From Croceivirga sp. (GTDB taxonomy: Bacteria > Bacteroidota > Bacteroidia > Flavobacteriales > Flavobacteriaceae): 64,000 nucleotides of DNA. The stretch lies in NCBI GenBank assembly GCA_028281025.1, contig JANQKR010000034.1:9848-73847 (forward strand), read 5' to 3'. A program made the translations under genes and the position numbers. The notes below the pieces were generated by a model. That model did no database searches and was not told where the DNA came from. It worked only from the letters and a program-made list of their open reading frames with translations. This document shows positions 17,738-27,228 of this stretch, one piece after another; the stretch's first letter is position 1, and each line of letters starts with the position of its first letter.

Positions 17738-20161
17738 TTACAACTGCACTTCCCCCATTTTTTGAATATTTCTGGAAGAGGCACCAACCTTAATTTTATA
17801 TGGACCCTTTTCCAAAGCCCAACCGTTGCCATCTTCATCCCAATACCGTAACTCTTTGACAGGAATCTTTAGGAACAGGCTGTCCATTGCACCCGGTTCA
17901 AGGCTTTTGGTTTTGGCAAAGGCCTTTAATTCCTGAATTGGTCGGTCAATAGCGGAATTCAGTTTTTCGGTATACACTTGCACCACTTCTTTCCCAGGTA
18001 ATTCACCAACATTCGTGACGGTCATGGTCACATTAATGGTATCGTTTTGTGTATTTAATTCCATGTCCCCATACTCAAAACGGGTATAACTCAGTCCATA
18101 TCCAAAAGGATAGGAAACCTCTTTGTTTTTGCTATCAAAATGGCGGTATCCCACATATACCCCTTCATCATAGTGGGTGTAATCCTCGTCCCGTACTTTT
18201 TCCCCCTCAGGTTTTTCTTTTGGTGGGGATATCAGACTTCCTATCATACCTGTAATCGTCATGTGTTTTGGGCTTTTGGGGAAATTGGCATGGGAAGCAT
18301 GGTCCCCCAGGTTTACCGGAAATGTCATGGGCAATTTGGCACTTGGATTTACATGACCGATTAAAATATCGGCAACGGAGTTGCCTCCTTCCTGTCCTCC
18401 TTGCCAAGCCAAAAGGATGGCATCCGGCTTTTGTTTCCACGAAGCCGTTTCAATAACACCACCCACATTTAAAACGACGATCAGTTTTTTCCCCGCGGCA
18501 TGGAAAGCCTCACTTGTAGCCGTAATCATTTCCTGTTCCACATCGGTCAATAAAAAATCATCGACCTCTACACGATCGCCTCCCTCTCCGGCATTTCGTC
18601 CCAAGGTCAAAATCCCGACATCCGTACTGGAGACGATAGTCTCCAATTGTTGGGCGGTGTACTTGATTTCCGGTGGTGAAAAAGGGTTCATCATTGCATC
18701 AAAGCCCTCCGGCTGCACAAACGCCTCTGCATTGGCCACTTTATGGGCATCGTATAAGCTTTTGGCCTTTTCATTGATTTTGAACCCTACATTGGAGAGT
18801 CCTTCTTCCAAGGATATGGTATAGGCTTCGTTGACATCGCCCGAACCAGTCCCTCCAGCGATAAACCCATAAGACGTGGCTCCCAATAGGGCAACATTCT
18901 CAATATTGCGTAGGGGAAGTGCATCTTCATTTTTTAATAGAACCATACCTTCAGCGGCGGATTTTCTGGTAATCTTAGCATGTGCCTCCAAATCCGGATC
19001 GTTCCCAAAATCATAATTCCCAAGCTTCTTTGTTTTGAAAATCAAGGTAAGGATGCGACTAGCTGCACGATCAATATCGACCTCCAACAACTCCCCATTT
19101 TCCGCAGCTTCCGTTAAGGCCTTCCACTGTCTTTTGGTTCCCGGTTCCAACAGATCGTTCCCAGCTTTGATCTGTTCCGGTGCGTTTCTGCCGCCGAACC
19201 AATCGGTCATGACCAGGCCCTCAAAGCCCCAATCGTCACGTAGAATGTCCGTCAATAAATATTTACTCTCGGAGGTATAAGTTCCATTTACCTTGTTATA
19301 GGAGGACATAATGGTCCACGGCTGGGATTTTTCCACAATATGTTCAAATCCCTTTAAATAGATTTCACGCATGGCGCGTTCAGAAACGATCACATCATTT
19401 ACAAAACGCTCCGTTTCCTGATTGTTGGCCACAAAATGTTTTACAGAAGTACCGACACCATTGGACTCAATACCATTGACAATGGCTGCCCCCATATATC
19501 CGGACAATAAGGGGTCTTCCGAAAAATATTCAAAATTCCTTCCGCAAAGTGGATGCCTATGGATATTGGCACCGGGACCCAAAATCACATCTATTCCATA
19601 TTCCAGGGCTTCGTTGCCCATGGCAGTACCCACATCGTGCACCAACGCTTCATTCCAAGTGGATGCCAAAAGGGTGGCAATGGGAAAAGCGGTACAATAG
19701 TAGGTTCGGTCCTCCCCCTCACGAGTCGGTAAAATACGTAATCCGGCAGGGCCATCCGAAAGATAAACCGTAGGTATTCCCAATCGTGGTGTTGGAACAA
19801 TGGTTCCCACTGCCCCGGGAATTCCCTCACCTGGCTCTGTTTGCCCCATGGCAGAGGCAATACCCGATCCCTTTAACAGGTGTATTTTCTCTTCCAGGGT
19901 CATTTGCGAAAGGACATCGGACACCCGTGCTTCAATGGATTGGCGGTCATCTTCATAGACATCCAATTTGCCGTTGCCATTTCGGTCCAAAAAAGTATGG
20001 CCGTCCACGGTTATTTCCGACACATCCTTGTTTTCAACATAATCCCCTTCAAAATCAAAAAAGGTGGATTTTAGATAGCGAAATCCCAAAAATCCGGCCA
20101 ATACCAAAACAAGGACCAGCCCTACCAAAATTTTTAATGCAAGAAACAGTTTTTTCTTCAT
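17738..20161 (-). CDS. GH3 beta-glucosidase/xylosidase with N-terminal membrane anchor and FN3-like C-terminus
   Basis: SDGPAGLR, RNFEYFSEDP, KHFVAN, VMTDW nucleophile and YPFGYGLSYT motifs. Confidence 0.95.
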   Translation of the reverse strand: MKKKLFLALKILVGLVLVLVLAGFLGFRYLKSTFFDFEGDYVENKDVSEITVDGHTFLDRNGNGKLDVYEDDRQSIEARVSDVLSQMTLEEKIHLLKGSGIASAMGQTEPGEGIPGAVGTIVPTPRLGIPTVYLSDGPAGLRILPTREGEDRTYYCTAFPIATLLASTWNEALVHDVGTAMGNEALEYGIDVILGPGANIHRHPLCGRNFEYFSEDPLLSGYMGAAIVNGIESNGVGTSVKHFVANNQETERFVNDVIVSERAMREIYLKGFEHIVEKSQPWTIMSSYNKVNGTYTSESKYLLTDILRDDWGFEGLVMTDWFGGRNAPEQIKAGNDLLEPGTKRQWKALTEAAENGELLEVDIDRAASRILTLIFKTKKLGNYDFGNDPDLEAHAKITRKSAAEGMVLLKNEDALPLRNIENVALLGATSYGFIAGGTGSGDVNEAYTISLEEGLSNVGFKINEKAKSLYDAHKVANAEAFVQPEGFDAMMNPFSPPEIKYTAQQLETIVSSTDVGILTLGRNAGEGGDRVEVDDFLLTDVEQEMITATSEAFHAAGKKLIVVLNVGGVIETASWKQKPDAILLAWQGGQEGGNSVADILIGHVNPSAKLPMTFPVNLGDHASHANFPKSPKHMTITGMIGSLISPPKEKPEGEKVRDEDYTHYDEGVYVGYRHFDSKNKEVSYPFGYGLSYTRFEYGDMELNTQNDTINVTMTVTNVGELPGKEVVQVYTEKLNSAIDRPIQELKAFAKTKSLEPGAMDSLFLKIPVKELRYWDEDGNGWALEKGPYKIKVGASSRNIQKMGEVQL

Positions 20162-20171
20162 GGCTCTACAA

Positions 20172-20224
20172 TTGTGACTATTTGTCACAAATATAATCAT
20201 TTATTTTGTGGCACAACGTCACAA
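20172..20224. promoter_or_regulatory. Two palindromic operators, TTGTG[AG]C-N5-GTCACAA
   Basis: TTGTGAC-TATTT-GTCACAA (20172-20190) and TTGTGGC-ACAAC-GTCACAA (20206-20224) between the divergent GH3 and NUDIX-regulator genes. Confidence 0.8.
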
Positions 20225-20242
20225 AATAGTATTTTTGTGTTC

Positions 20243-20959
20243 ATGGAAATAGAAAAAATACTGGAAGAAGGTGCAGCGCATTTCTTGCCCAATCTGTCGA
20301 TAGATTTGGTAATCATCGGATATAAACAAGGAAAACTCCAGTGCCTGTTACTGAAATTCGAAAAAAAATGGGTGTTGCCGGGGGGATACATCAAAAAAGA
20401 AGAATCCGTGGATGAAGCGGTGGTCCGAATCCTTAAGGAGCGAACAGGATTGGAAGACCCCCATTTTAAGTTCCTGGCGGTCTTTGGTGATGCCAACAGA
20501 AGGTTTTCCGAAGAGTTTAAACGATATTTCAAAAAATATGATCTGCCCTGGAAAGACGATTATTTCATCAACAACCGTTTTGTAACCTTGGCCCACTACT
20601 CCCTTGTGGACATTGACAACACCCATCCTACGGCTTCCGGCTTTGACGAGGCCGTAGCATGGTTCCCTTTTGAGGAACTGCCGGAATTATGGCTGGACCA
20701 TAGAGACATTGTAAACACGGCCCGGAATCGCCTGAAAACGGACATCAAACGAGAGCAATTGTCCTATAATCTATTGCCCGACCCCTTTACCATGCCTGAG
20801 TTGCACCGCTTGCACCAAACCATTTTAGACGAACATTTGGACCGTAGTCGATTTCAGAAAAAAATGCTGGCCACCGGACTTTTTGAACGCCTTCCCAAGC
20901 TTAAAAAGGAAACACCGGGCAGCAATCCGTACCAATATCGATTGAAACAGAACATTTGA
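20243..20959 (+). CDS. NrtR/AraR-family NUDIX-wHTH transcriptional regulator
   Basis: WVLPGG...ESVDEA..R.L.ERTGL NUDIX-like box; FTMPELHRL...DRSRFQKKML winged HTH. Confidence 0.9.
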   Translation: MEIEKILEEGAAHFLPNLSIDLVIIGYKQGKLQCLLLKFEKKWVLPGGYIKKEESVDEAVVRILKERTGLEDPHFKFLAVFGDANRRFSEEFKRYFKKYDLPWKDDYFINNRFVTLAHYSLVDIDNTHPTASGFDEAVAWFPFEELPELWLDHRDIVNTARNRLKTDIKREQLSYNLLPDPFTMPELHRLHQTILDEHLDRSRFQKKMLATGLFERLPKLKKETPGSNPYQYRLKQNI

Positions 20960-21065
20960 TGGTCCCCAACTTGATAAAATACTGAGGTTAGTTAGTACAT
21001 TTGGAGTTAAGGGATAAAAAAGTTTTGCCCCCAATTGACGTCAAGAATTGAGCTAAAACCCAAAG

Positions 21066-22472
21066 ATGGCACCAATATATTGTTCCAAGCTTAGAAGCAC
21101 GGTCATTCCCATAGTGTACTTTTTACTGTTAAGCCCAACCGCCAATGCCCAAAGCATTTACAGAACTGCCTGTCAGGGTAATATTGCCCGACTGGACAGT
21201 ATGCTTTTAAAAACGGATATCAACACCCAGGACAATCGAGGCCGGTCGTTATTGCACTGGGCGGTAGCCTGTAATAAACAAAAGGTTTTTGAACATTTGA
21301 TGGCCAAAGGAATTGCGTTCAATTTAGAGGACAACGAAGGTGCCACGCCTTTATATATGGCCGTTCGATTTCAGCATATGGACTTTTTCGATGCCCTGGC
21401 AGGAATGCTTGGCGATGTTGACTGGCAAAAACGTTACGGCGCTGCCTTGTTGGAAAAAGCCATTTTGAACCGCGACCTCAGTTTTGTACGAAAACTGGTA
21501 GAAACTGGCGTATCCATTGACAGTAAAAACAAAAAGGGCAGCACCCCCTTGGAGATTGCACTACGTACCGAAACTTCTGAAATAGCGGACTGGTTGGTCG
21601 CAAATGGTGCCGATAGGACCTTAGTGCGCAATTTTACGCCACAAGGGGACTATATGGGACAAGAAGCACCTGGAAAGGAAGCCAAGGTGTTTGCCCCCAA
21701 CTTTATCTCCACTGAAGAATATGAGTTCGGCTCGGTATTTAATGCCAAAGGAAACGAATTCTATTATGGCGTTGACCTTGGTGGCCGAAATGTAATCCGG
21801 TTTTCCCAAAGGGAGGGAAACGAGTGGACCCAACCGAAAACCATCCTTTCCCATGAGCGATACGGTTATAACGACCCTTTTTTATCCCCTGATGGGAACC
21901 GGCTGTATTTTATCTCAAACCAGGCTTTGGACGGCCAAGGGGAATCCAAGGATATCGATATCTGGTATGTGGAACGTAAAGGAGCGGGTTGGTCCAAGCC
22001 GATAAATGCGGGCCCAAATATCAATTCCGAAGGTGAGGAGTATTATATCTCCTTTACCAAACAGGGTACGATGTACTTTGCCTCCGACAAGAACCAATCA
22101 CATCACGATATTTACTATTCCAAATTTGTGGATGGGGAATTTCAAGAAGCCGTAAAATTGGGAAACGCCATTAATACCGAGGCCTATGAGGCCGATGTAT
22201 TTGTGGATCCCAATGAAGCCTATTTGATTTTTTGTGCCCAACGCCCTGACGGACTGGGAAGGGGGGATCTCTACATCAGCTTTAAAAAGGCCGATGGTTC
22301 CTGGTCACCATCCGTCAATATGGGGGACACCGTGAATACCGAACATCATGAGCTCTGCCCTTTTGTCACAGAAGACGGCAAGTACCTCTTTTTTACGAGT
22401 CAACAGGATATTTACTGGGTGAGCACCGCAATTATTGATGCCCTAAAAGCAAAAAGTACCGCTATGGACTAG
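21066..22472 (+). CDS. Secreted ankyrin-repeat plus PD40 (TolB-like propeller) protein
   Basis: GRSLLHWA, GATPLYMA and GSTPLEIA ankyrin repeats; DPFLSPDGNRLYF and PFVTEDGKYLFF PD40 repeats. Confidence 0.88.
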   Translation: MAPIYCSKLRSTVIPIVYFLLLSPTANAQSIYRTACQGNIARLDSMLLKTDINTQDNRGRSLLHWAVACNKQKVFEHLMAKGIAFNLEDNEGATPLYMAVRFQHMDFFDALAGMLGDVDWQKRYGAALLEKAILNRDLSFVRKLVETGVSIDSKNKKGSTPLEIALRTETSEIADWLVANGADRTLVRNFTPQGDYMGQEAPGKEAKVFAPNFISTEEYEFGSVFNAKGNEFYYGVDLGGRNVIRFSQREGNEWTQPKTILSHERYGYNDPFLSPDGNRLYFISNQALDGQGESKDIDIWYVERKGAGWSKPINAGPNINSEGEEYYISFTKQGTMYFASDKNQSHHDIYYSKFVDGEFQEAVKLGNAINTEAYEADVFVDPNEAYLIFCAQRPDGLGRGDLYISFKKADGSWSPSVNMGDTVNTEHHELCPFVTEDGKYLFFTSQQDIYWVSTAIIDALKAKSTAMD

Positions 22473-22477
22473 TATTG

Positions 22478-22640
22478 GTCATTTCCAACCCGCCCAAGAA
22501 CGGAGTCGAAGGAAATAAGGGAAATCCATCATTGCTTTCTTTGGATTTCCCAGTCGCAAAACTCCTTCGAAATGACAATCGGAATCAAACAGTCATTTCG
22601 AGCCGACCCTGAGTAGAGTCGAAGGGGAGCGTGAGAAACC
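22478..22640. repeat. Cluster of three alternating REP-like palindromic units (GTCATTTC...GAAA[TC]C)
   Basis: Units at ~22478-22527 (+), 22543-22576 (-) and 22592-22640 (+); hairpins GGGAAATCCA/TGGATTTCCC and TCGAAATGAC/GTCATTTCGA. Confidence 0.75.
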
Positions 22641-22724
22641 CATACTTTAAGGAATAAATTTTCGATAGGCCAACCCTATTCCATTTGCTTCGTTAATTTC
22701 GCAAACACGTCCAATACCCACAAC

Positions 22725-23159
22725 ATGTCCCTTACTCCAGATTTTAGTATCATCCCCGCCAAAGCTTCCGAAGTAAAATCCATAGTCGATGGCATCAACA
22801 CCTATAACCTAAGTAAAGTACCGGCCTTGGCAGCGGTTTGGACCCCTTTGGAATTTGTGGCCAAAAGTAGGGATGGGAGGCTTATCGGCGGCGTCTTGGC
22901 CGGAATAGGCTATTGGAATGGACTTGAAATCAAATTGCTCTGGGTCGAAGAGGCCTACCGCAACCATGGTTTGGGGACAACACTCCTAAAACATACTGAA
23001 AAAGCCGCCAAACTAAAGGGGGCCGTAATTTCCATGTTGGATACTTTTGACTTTCAGGCCAAAGGTTTCTATTTGAAGCATGGTTATGAACCTGTTGGTG
23101 AAATCAAGGATTTTCCAAAAGGGCATAACCGAATTTATTTTTCAAAACGACTCGATTAA
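22725..23159 (+). CDS. GNAT family N-acetyltransferase
   Basis: LWVEEAYRNHGLGTTLL acetyl-CoA motif; FQAKGFYLKHGY. Confidence 0.92.
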   Translation: MSLTPDFSIIPAKASEVKSIVDGINTYNLSKVPALAAVWTPLEFVAKSRDGRLIGGVLAGIGYWNGLEIKLLWVEEAYRNHGLGTTLLKHTEKAAKLKGAVISMLDTFDFQAKGFYLKHGYEPVGEIKDFPKGHNRIYFSKRLD

Positions 23160-23281
23160 TCGTACAAGAGGGTCCGGGCAACTCTTCAGGGAACAAAAAA
23201 TCTACTGGAATCCACTATTTTCAACTTTTTTTCAATAGAAATCCCCCATTTACCGTTATAGTTCCAAAAGGATAAACGGCA

Positions 23282-24376
23282 TTGGAAGTAAAAGGTAGCT
23301 TTTGGACATCAATTTTGTCGGTTTTGATCTTGACGATAGGTTGTACCGATGAAAATGACCCAGTTTCCACTGAAGGGGCGGAACGCAATTTTGGGATGGG
23401 ATTTACCACTTGGAGCTTTGGCCCCAATCTTCAAGATGTGGACGAAACCTACCGTTTTATTGCCAATAATGCCGATGTTTATGTGGAACATTTGGACAAT
23501 ACCATTCCCTGGAACGCTTGGATAAACGATTTACCCTTGCCAGCTGAGTTTACCAATGAAATCGTGGGCAGGGCCAATCGAAAAATAGTTGGAAAGGACT
23601 TGGTGCTCTCCGTGGGTTTGCTTAATCTGGATCGTGATGATTTGGCCGCGGATTTTGATGGTTCCATTCCCACATACACCGTTTTGAACGACCCCCATAT
23701 TCAAGAGGCCTACACCAAACACATCCATTATTTGGTTACCCAATTCTCCCCAGATTATTTGGTTGCTGCCATTGAAGTAAACGAACTCTGGTTGGGAAAT
23801 CGGGCACTCTGGGAAGACTATACCCAATTAATGGCCCAAGTCTTTGCTGCCACCAAGATTACCTTTCCCAATTTAAAAATAGCCACTTCCATATCATTGC
23901 ATAATCTCCATAACCCAGCTGTGGAGAACGGGGAAGAATACATCAATGCGATACTGGGTCATGTCAACCAAATGGATTTTGTGGCCATCAGTTATTATCC
24001 TTTTTTAAAAAATCAAAGCACGATAGCTGAATTTCAGGAGACCTTGGATTTTTTGCACGGCAATACCAACAAACCAATCGCCATTGTAGAGAGCGGACAT
24101 ATTGCCGAAGATTTGATCGTATCCAATTTGGGCATTTCCATTAGTGGAAATGCAACTGAGCAGAACACCTTTCTGGAAACCCTTTTAAGCAACGCCCAAA
24201 CCCAAAATTATGAGATGGTAGTTTGGTGGGCGCATCGTGATAATGATTCACTTTGGGAGGTTTTTCCGCCCGAGGTCAAGGATATTGGACAACTATGGCG
24301 CGATACCGGTATACTGGATGAAAACGGGGTACAACGCCCCGCTTTTACAAGTTGGCGATCCTATTTTGGGAATTAA
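23282..24376 (+). CDS. Lipoprotein, probable clan GH-A glycoside hydrolase
   Basis: Lipobox TIGC; IEVNE, ISYYP and KPIAIVESG motifs. Confidence 0.7.
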   Translation: MEVKGSFWTSILSVLILTIGCTDENDPVSTEGAERNFGMGFTTWSFGPNLQDVDETYRFIANNADVYVEHLDNTIPWNAWINDLPLPAEFTNEIVGRANRKIVGKDLVLSVGLLNLDRDDLAADFDGSIPTYTVLNDPHIQEAYTKHIHYLVTQFSPDYLVAAIEVNELWLGNRALWEDYTQLMAQVFAATKITFPNLKIATSISLHNLHNPAVENGEEYINAILGHVNQMDFVAISYYPFLKNQSTIAEFQETLDFLHGNTNKPIAIVESGHIAEDLIVSNLGISISGNATEQNTFLETLLSNAQTQNYEMVVWWAHRDNDSLWEVFPPEVKDIGQLWRDTGILDENGVQRPAFTSWRSYFGN

Positions 24377-24472
24377 TTTAAAGCCGCTCCCTTAAGGATT
24401 CTTCTTATCCAAAACCCCCTTCACCATCGAAATCCTTAGATTTCTTACTTTTAAGATGTAATTCTTCCAAAA

Positions 24473-26239
24473 TTGAAAGGGCTTCCGTATATATTTTTTT
24501 TCCTGGTACTAGGGGCCGTTGATGGCCTGTGGTCCCAAACCAATGTGCAGGATAGCTTACTGCTTCGTTTTGAAAATACCAATGAACCGGACTCGGTTCG
24601 TTTCGATGCCGGCTTGGCCCTGGCACGCTTTAAAATGCGGTACGGAGCGGATAGTTCCCGGGTTATTGGGAAAAGACTGTTGGACTTTACCTTGATTACG
24701 GGAAACAAAACCTGGGAGGCCGACGCCATTAAATGGATCGGCATTACCTACGCACAACAGGGACAATTTGCAGAGGCCCATGAGTATTTTTTAAAAAATT
24801 ACGAGTTGGTCCAGGAACTAAAGGACCAAAGGGGTATTGCCATCATTTTAGGTAACATTGGTACCGTAAATTACGAAATGGGGAATTATCCCCAGGCCCA
24901 GGACTATATTTTAAGATCCCTGAAACTTGCGGAAAAACTAAATGAAGAGCCCACTATTTCCCGGGCACTGAACAATTTGGGCAATATTCACAACGACCTG
25001 GAAAATTATCAAACCTCATTGGAATACTACCAAAAAAGCCTGGCCATTAAAGAGAAAATGGGCCTTAAAAACAGCTTGCCCCTGGTCCATAACAATATTG
25101 GTTTGGCCCATTCGCAATTGAACGATCACAATCTGGCCATTGCCAGTTTCAATGAAAGTGTTCGCCTGGCGATTGAACTCAACGACCCTATTTCCGAAGC
25201 CAGGGGCTATTCCAATTTAGGAGCTCGATATGCCAAAATCAATGACTTTACCAAAGCACTGGAATTGCATGACAAAAGTGTTGACCTAAAATCAAAGATC
25301 AATGATTTGGATGGGCTGGCCTCCTCTTTGGTATCTCGCGGCCACACCTATTTGCAAATGAACCGCTTGACCAATGCCAGGGATGACTGCCTTAGGGGGC
25401 AGAAAATGTCATTGGTATCTGGGAACCGCAATCTCCTGAAGGCCGCATGTCTTTGTTTGAGTCAGGCATACAAGGGGCTTGGCGACTATAAAGCATCATT
25501 GGAATACCGCGAACATTTTTCCCAACTAAGGGATACCCTTCTCAACGAAGAACGCAGGCAGGAAGTTACCCGTGCCGAAATGAATTATGCGTTTGAAAAA
25601 AAACAATTGGCGGATAGTATCGCATTTCACAAAAAACAAACGGCCCAGCAAGTGGCCTATGAGCGCCAACTGAACAAACAGAACACCAAGTTCTATATTC
25701 TCCTTATTGTGAGTTTGGGCGTTATTGGATTCTTGACCTTTTTGTACTACAAATACCGGCAAAGCCTGAAATTGAAAAAGGTGGAAAACCAATTATTGAA
25801 TTCTGAAATTGAGTTCAAGAAAAAGGATCTGACCACCATGGCCGTCAATATTTCCAATAACCAAGAGTGGGCCGAATCCCTGGCTGAGCGATTGCAATCG
25901 CTAAAGGCCGCTACAGGACGAAAACGCCAAAAGGAATTGGAGCTTTTGGAGGAGGAAATCAAAAATAAAATTTGGGTGAACAAAGACAGTGATGACTTTT
26001 ATAAAAAAGTGGACGAACTGAGCAGCTCCTTTTATGCACGCCTCAATAAGCAGTTTGAAGGATTGACCAAAACGGACGTACGTCTTTGTTCATTCATTAA
26101 ACTGGATTTGAATACCAAACAGATTGCCACACTACAGAACATCAATCCCTCTTCAGTAAAAATGAGTCGAAATAGGCTTAGGAAGAAGCTCAACCTCTCT
26201 CCGGAAGACGATTTGTCCGCATTTTTACACGCCTTTTAG
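24473..26239 (+). CDS. Membrane-spanning TPR sensor with C-terminal LuxR-like HTH
   Basis: Signal peptide, multiple TPRs (LGNIG.V, LNNLGNIH), one TM (FYILLIVSLGVIGFLTFLYY), coiled coil, LTKTDVRLC...KQIA...SVKMSRNRLRKKLNL. Confidence 0.92.
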   Translation: MKGLPYIFFFLVLGAVDGLWSQTNVQDSLLLRFENTNEPDSVRFDAGLALARFKMRYGADSSRVIGKRLLDFTLITGNKTWEADAIKWIGITYAQQGQFAEAHEYFLKNYELVQELKDQRGIAIILGNIGTVNYEMGNYPQAQDYILRSLKLAEKLNEEPTISRALNNLGNIHNDLENYQTSLEYYQKSLAIKEKMGLKNSLPLVHNNIGLAHSQLNDHNLAIASFNESVRLAIELNDPISEARGYSNLGARYAKINDFTKALELHDKSVDLKSKINDLDGLASSLVSRGHTYLQMNRLTNARDDCLRGQKMSLVSGNRNLLKAACLCLSQAYKGLGDYKASLEYREHFSQLRDTLLNEERRQEVTRAEMNYAFEKKQLADSIAFHKKQTAQQVAYERQLNKQNTKFYILLIVSLGVIGFLTFLYYKYRQSLKLKKVENQLLNSEIEFKKKDLTTMAVNISNNQEWAESLAERLQSLKAATGRKRQKELELLEEEIKNKIWVNKDSDDFYKKVDELSSSFYARLNKQFEGLTKTDVRLCSFIKLDLNTKQIATLQNINPSSVKMSRNRLRKKLNLSPEDDLSAFLHAF

Positions 26240-26292
26240 GTATTTTTATAAGTTATTAAAAATCAGAGTGTTAAAAAACATAAAATACATTT

Positions 26293-26344
26293 TGTAACCC
26301 ATTTGTAACCCTGTTTTTGCATCCATGTAACCCATTTGTAATCC
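26293..26344 (+). promoter_or_regulatory. Four phased TGTAA[CT]CC direct repeats upstream of mddA
   Basis: Copies start at 26293, 26304, 26326 and 26337; all spacings are multiples of 11 bp. Confidence 0.75.
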
Positions 26345-26407
26345 TATACTATTCTTAGGACGGGCTTCTTCATGTCTAGGTTTGCCCCGAATTTTAATCT
26401 AAAGATC

Positions 26408-27184
26408 ATGAAGAAAATTTTAATGTTTACCTATTCCATGGTTGCCTACCTCATTGCATTTGCATCCATTCTTTTTTGGATAGCTTCTGTTGGCAACCTG
26501 ATTCCAGCAATTGGAATCGACCAAGAACCCCAAATGTCCTTTTTATGGGCATTAGCGAACAACGTACTTTTGATTTCCCTATTTGGGGTACAGCACAGCG
26601 TTATGGCGAGAAAATGGTTTAAGGAACTCTTCGCCCGTTATTTCCCAAAACCGATTGAGCGGAGCACTTTTGTTTTGGTTTCCGGACTACTGCTGTTTAA
26701 CATGGTGTACAACTGGCAACCCATTGGCGGTCAACTATGGCAAGTGGAACCCAATGGCATTTTGTTTTATGTACTCTATGCACTGTTCTTTATTGGATGG
26801 GCAATACTGTTCATCAGTTCTTTTTTAATCAACCATTTTGATTTGTTTGGGCTGCGACAAACGTTTTTGGAGTTAATGGGCAAGCCCTATACCCAATTGC
26901 AGTTCAGGGTAACCCTATTCTACAAACATGTACGGCATCCGCTCTATTTTGGTATGCTCTTGGGCATGTGGGCCACTCCGACCATGACCGTTACCCATTT
27001 GGTTTTTGCCATTGCCATTACAGCATACGTCATCATTGGAACTTTATTTGAAGAAAAAGATTTGGTGAACGAGTTTGGGGAAACCTATAAGGCATATCAA
27101 GCTAAAAAACCTATGCTCATCCCTTTTACCAAATGGCGAAAAGGAGCTAAACAAGGCCCAGTATTGACAAAGGAATTAAAATAA
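26408..27184 (+). CDS. mddA: Methanethiol S-methyltransferase (ICMT-like membrane methyltransferase)
   Basis: QHSVMAR, IERSTFVL, WQP, INHFDLFGLRQ, VRHPLY, WATP.M and EEKDL motifs characteristic of MddA. Confidence 0.85.
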   Translation: MKKILMFTYSMVAYLIAFASILFWIASVGNLIPAIGIDQEPQMSFLWALANNVLLISLFGVQHSVMARKWFKELFARYFPKPIERSTFVLVSGLLLFNMVYNWQPIGGQLWQVEPNGILFYVLYALFFIGWAILFISSFLINHFDLFGLRQTFLELMGKPYTQLQFRVTLFYKHVRHPLYFGMLLGMWATPTMTVTHLVFAIAITAYVIIGTLFEEKDLVNEFGETYKAYQAKKPMLIPFTKWRKGAKQGPVLTKELK

Positions 27185-27228
27185 CTACAAAAAATCATCA
27201 TCAAAAAACAGTAAAAAACAACGTAATC

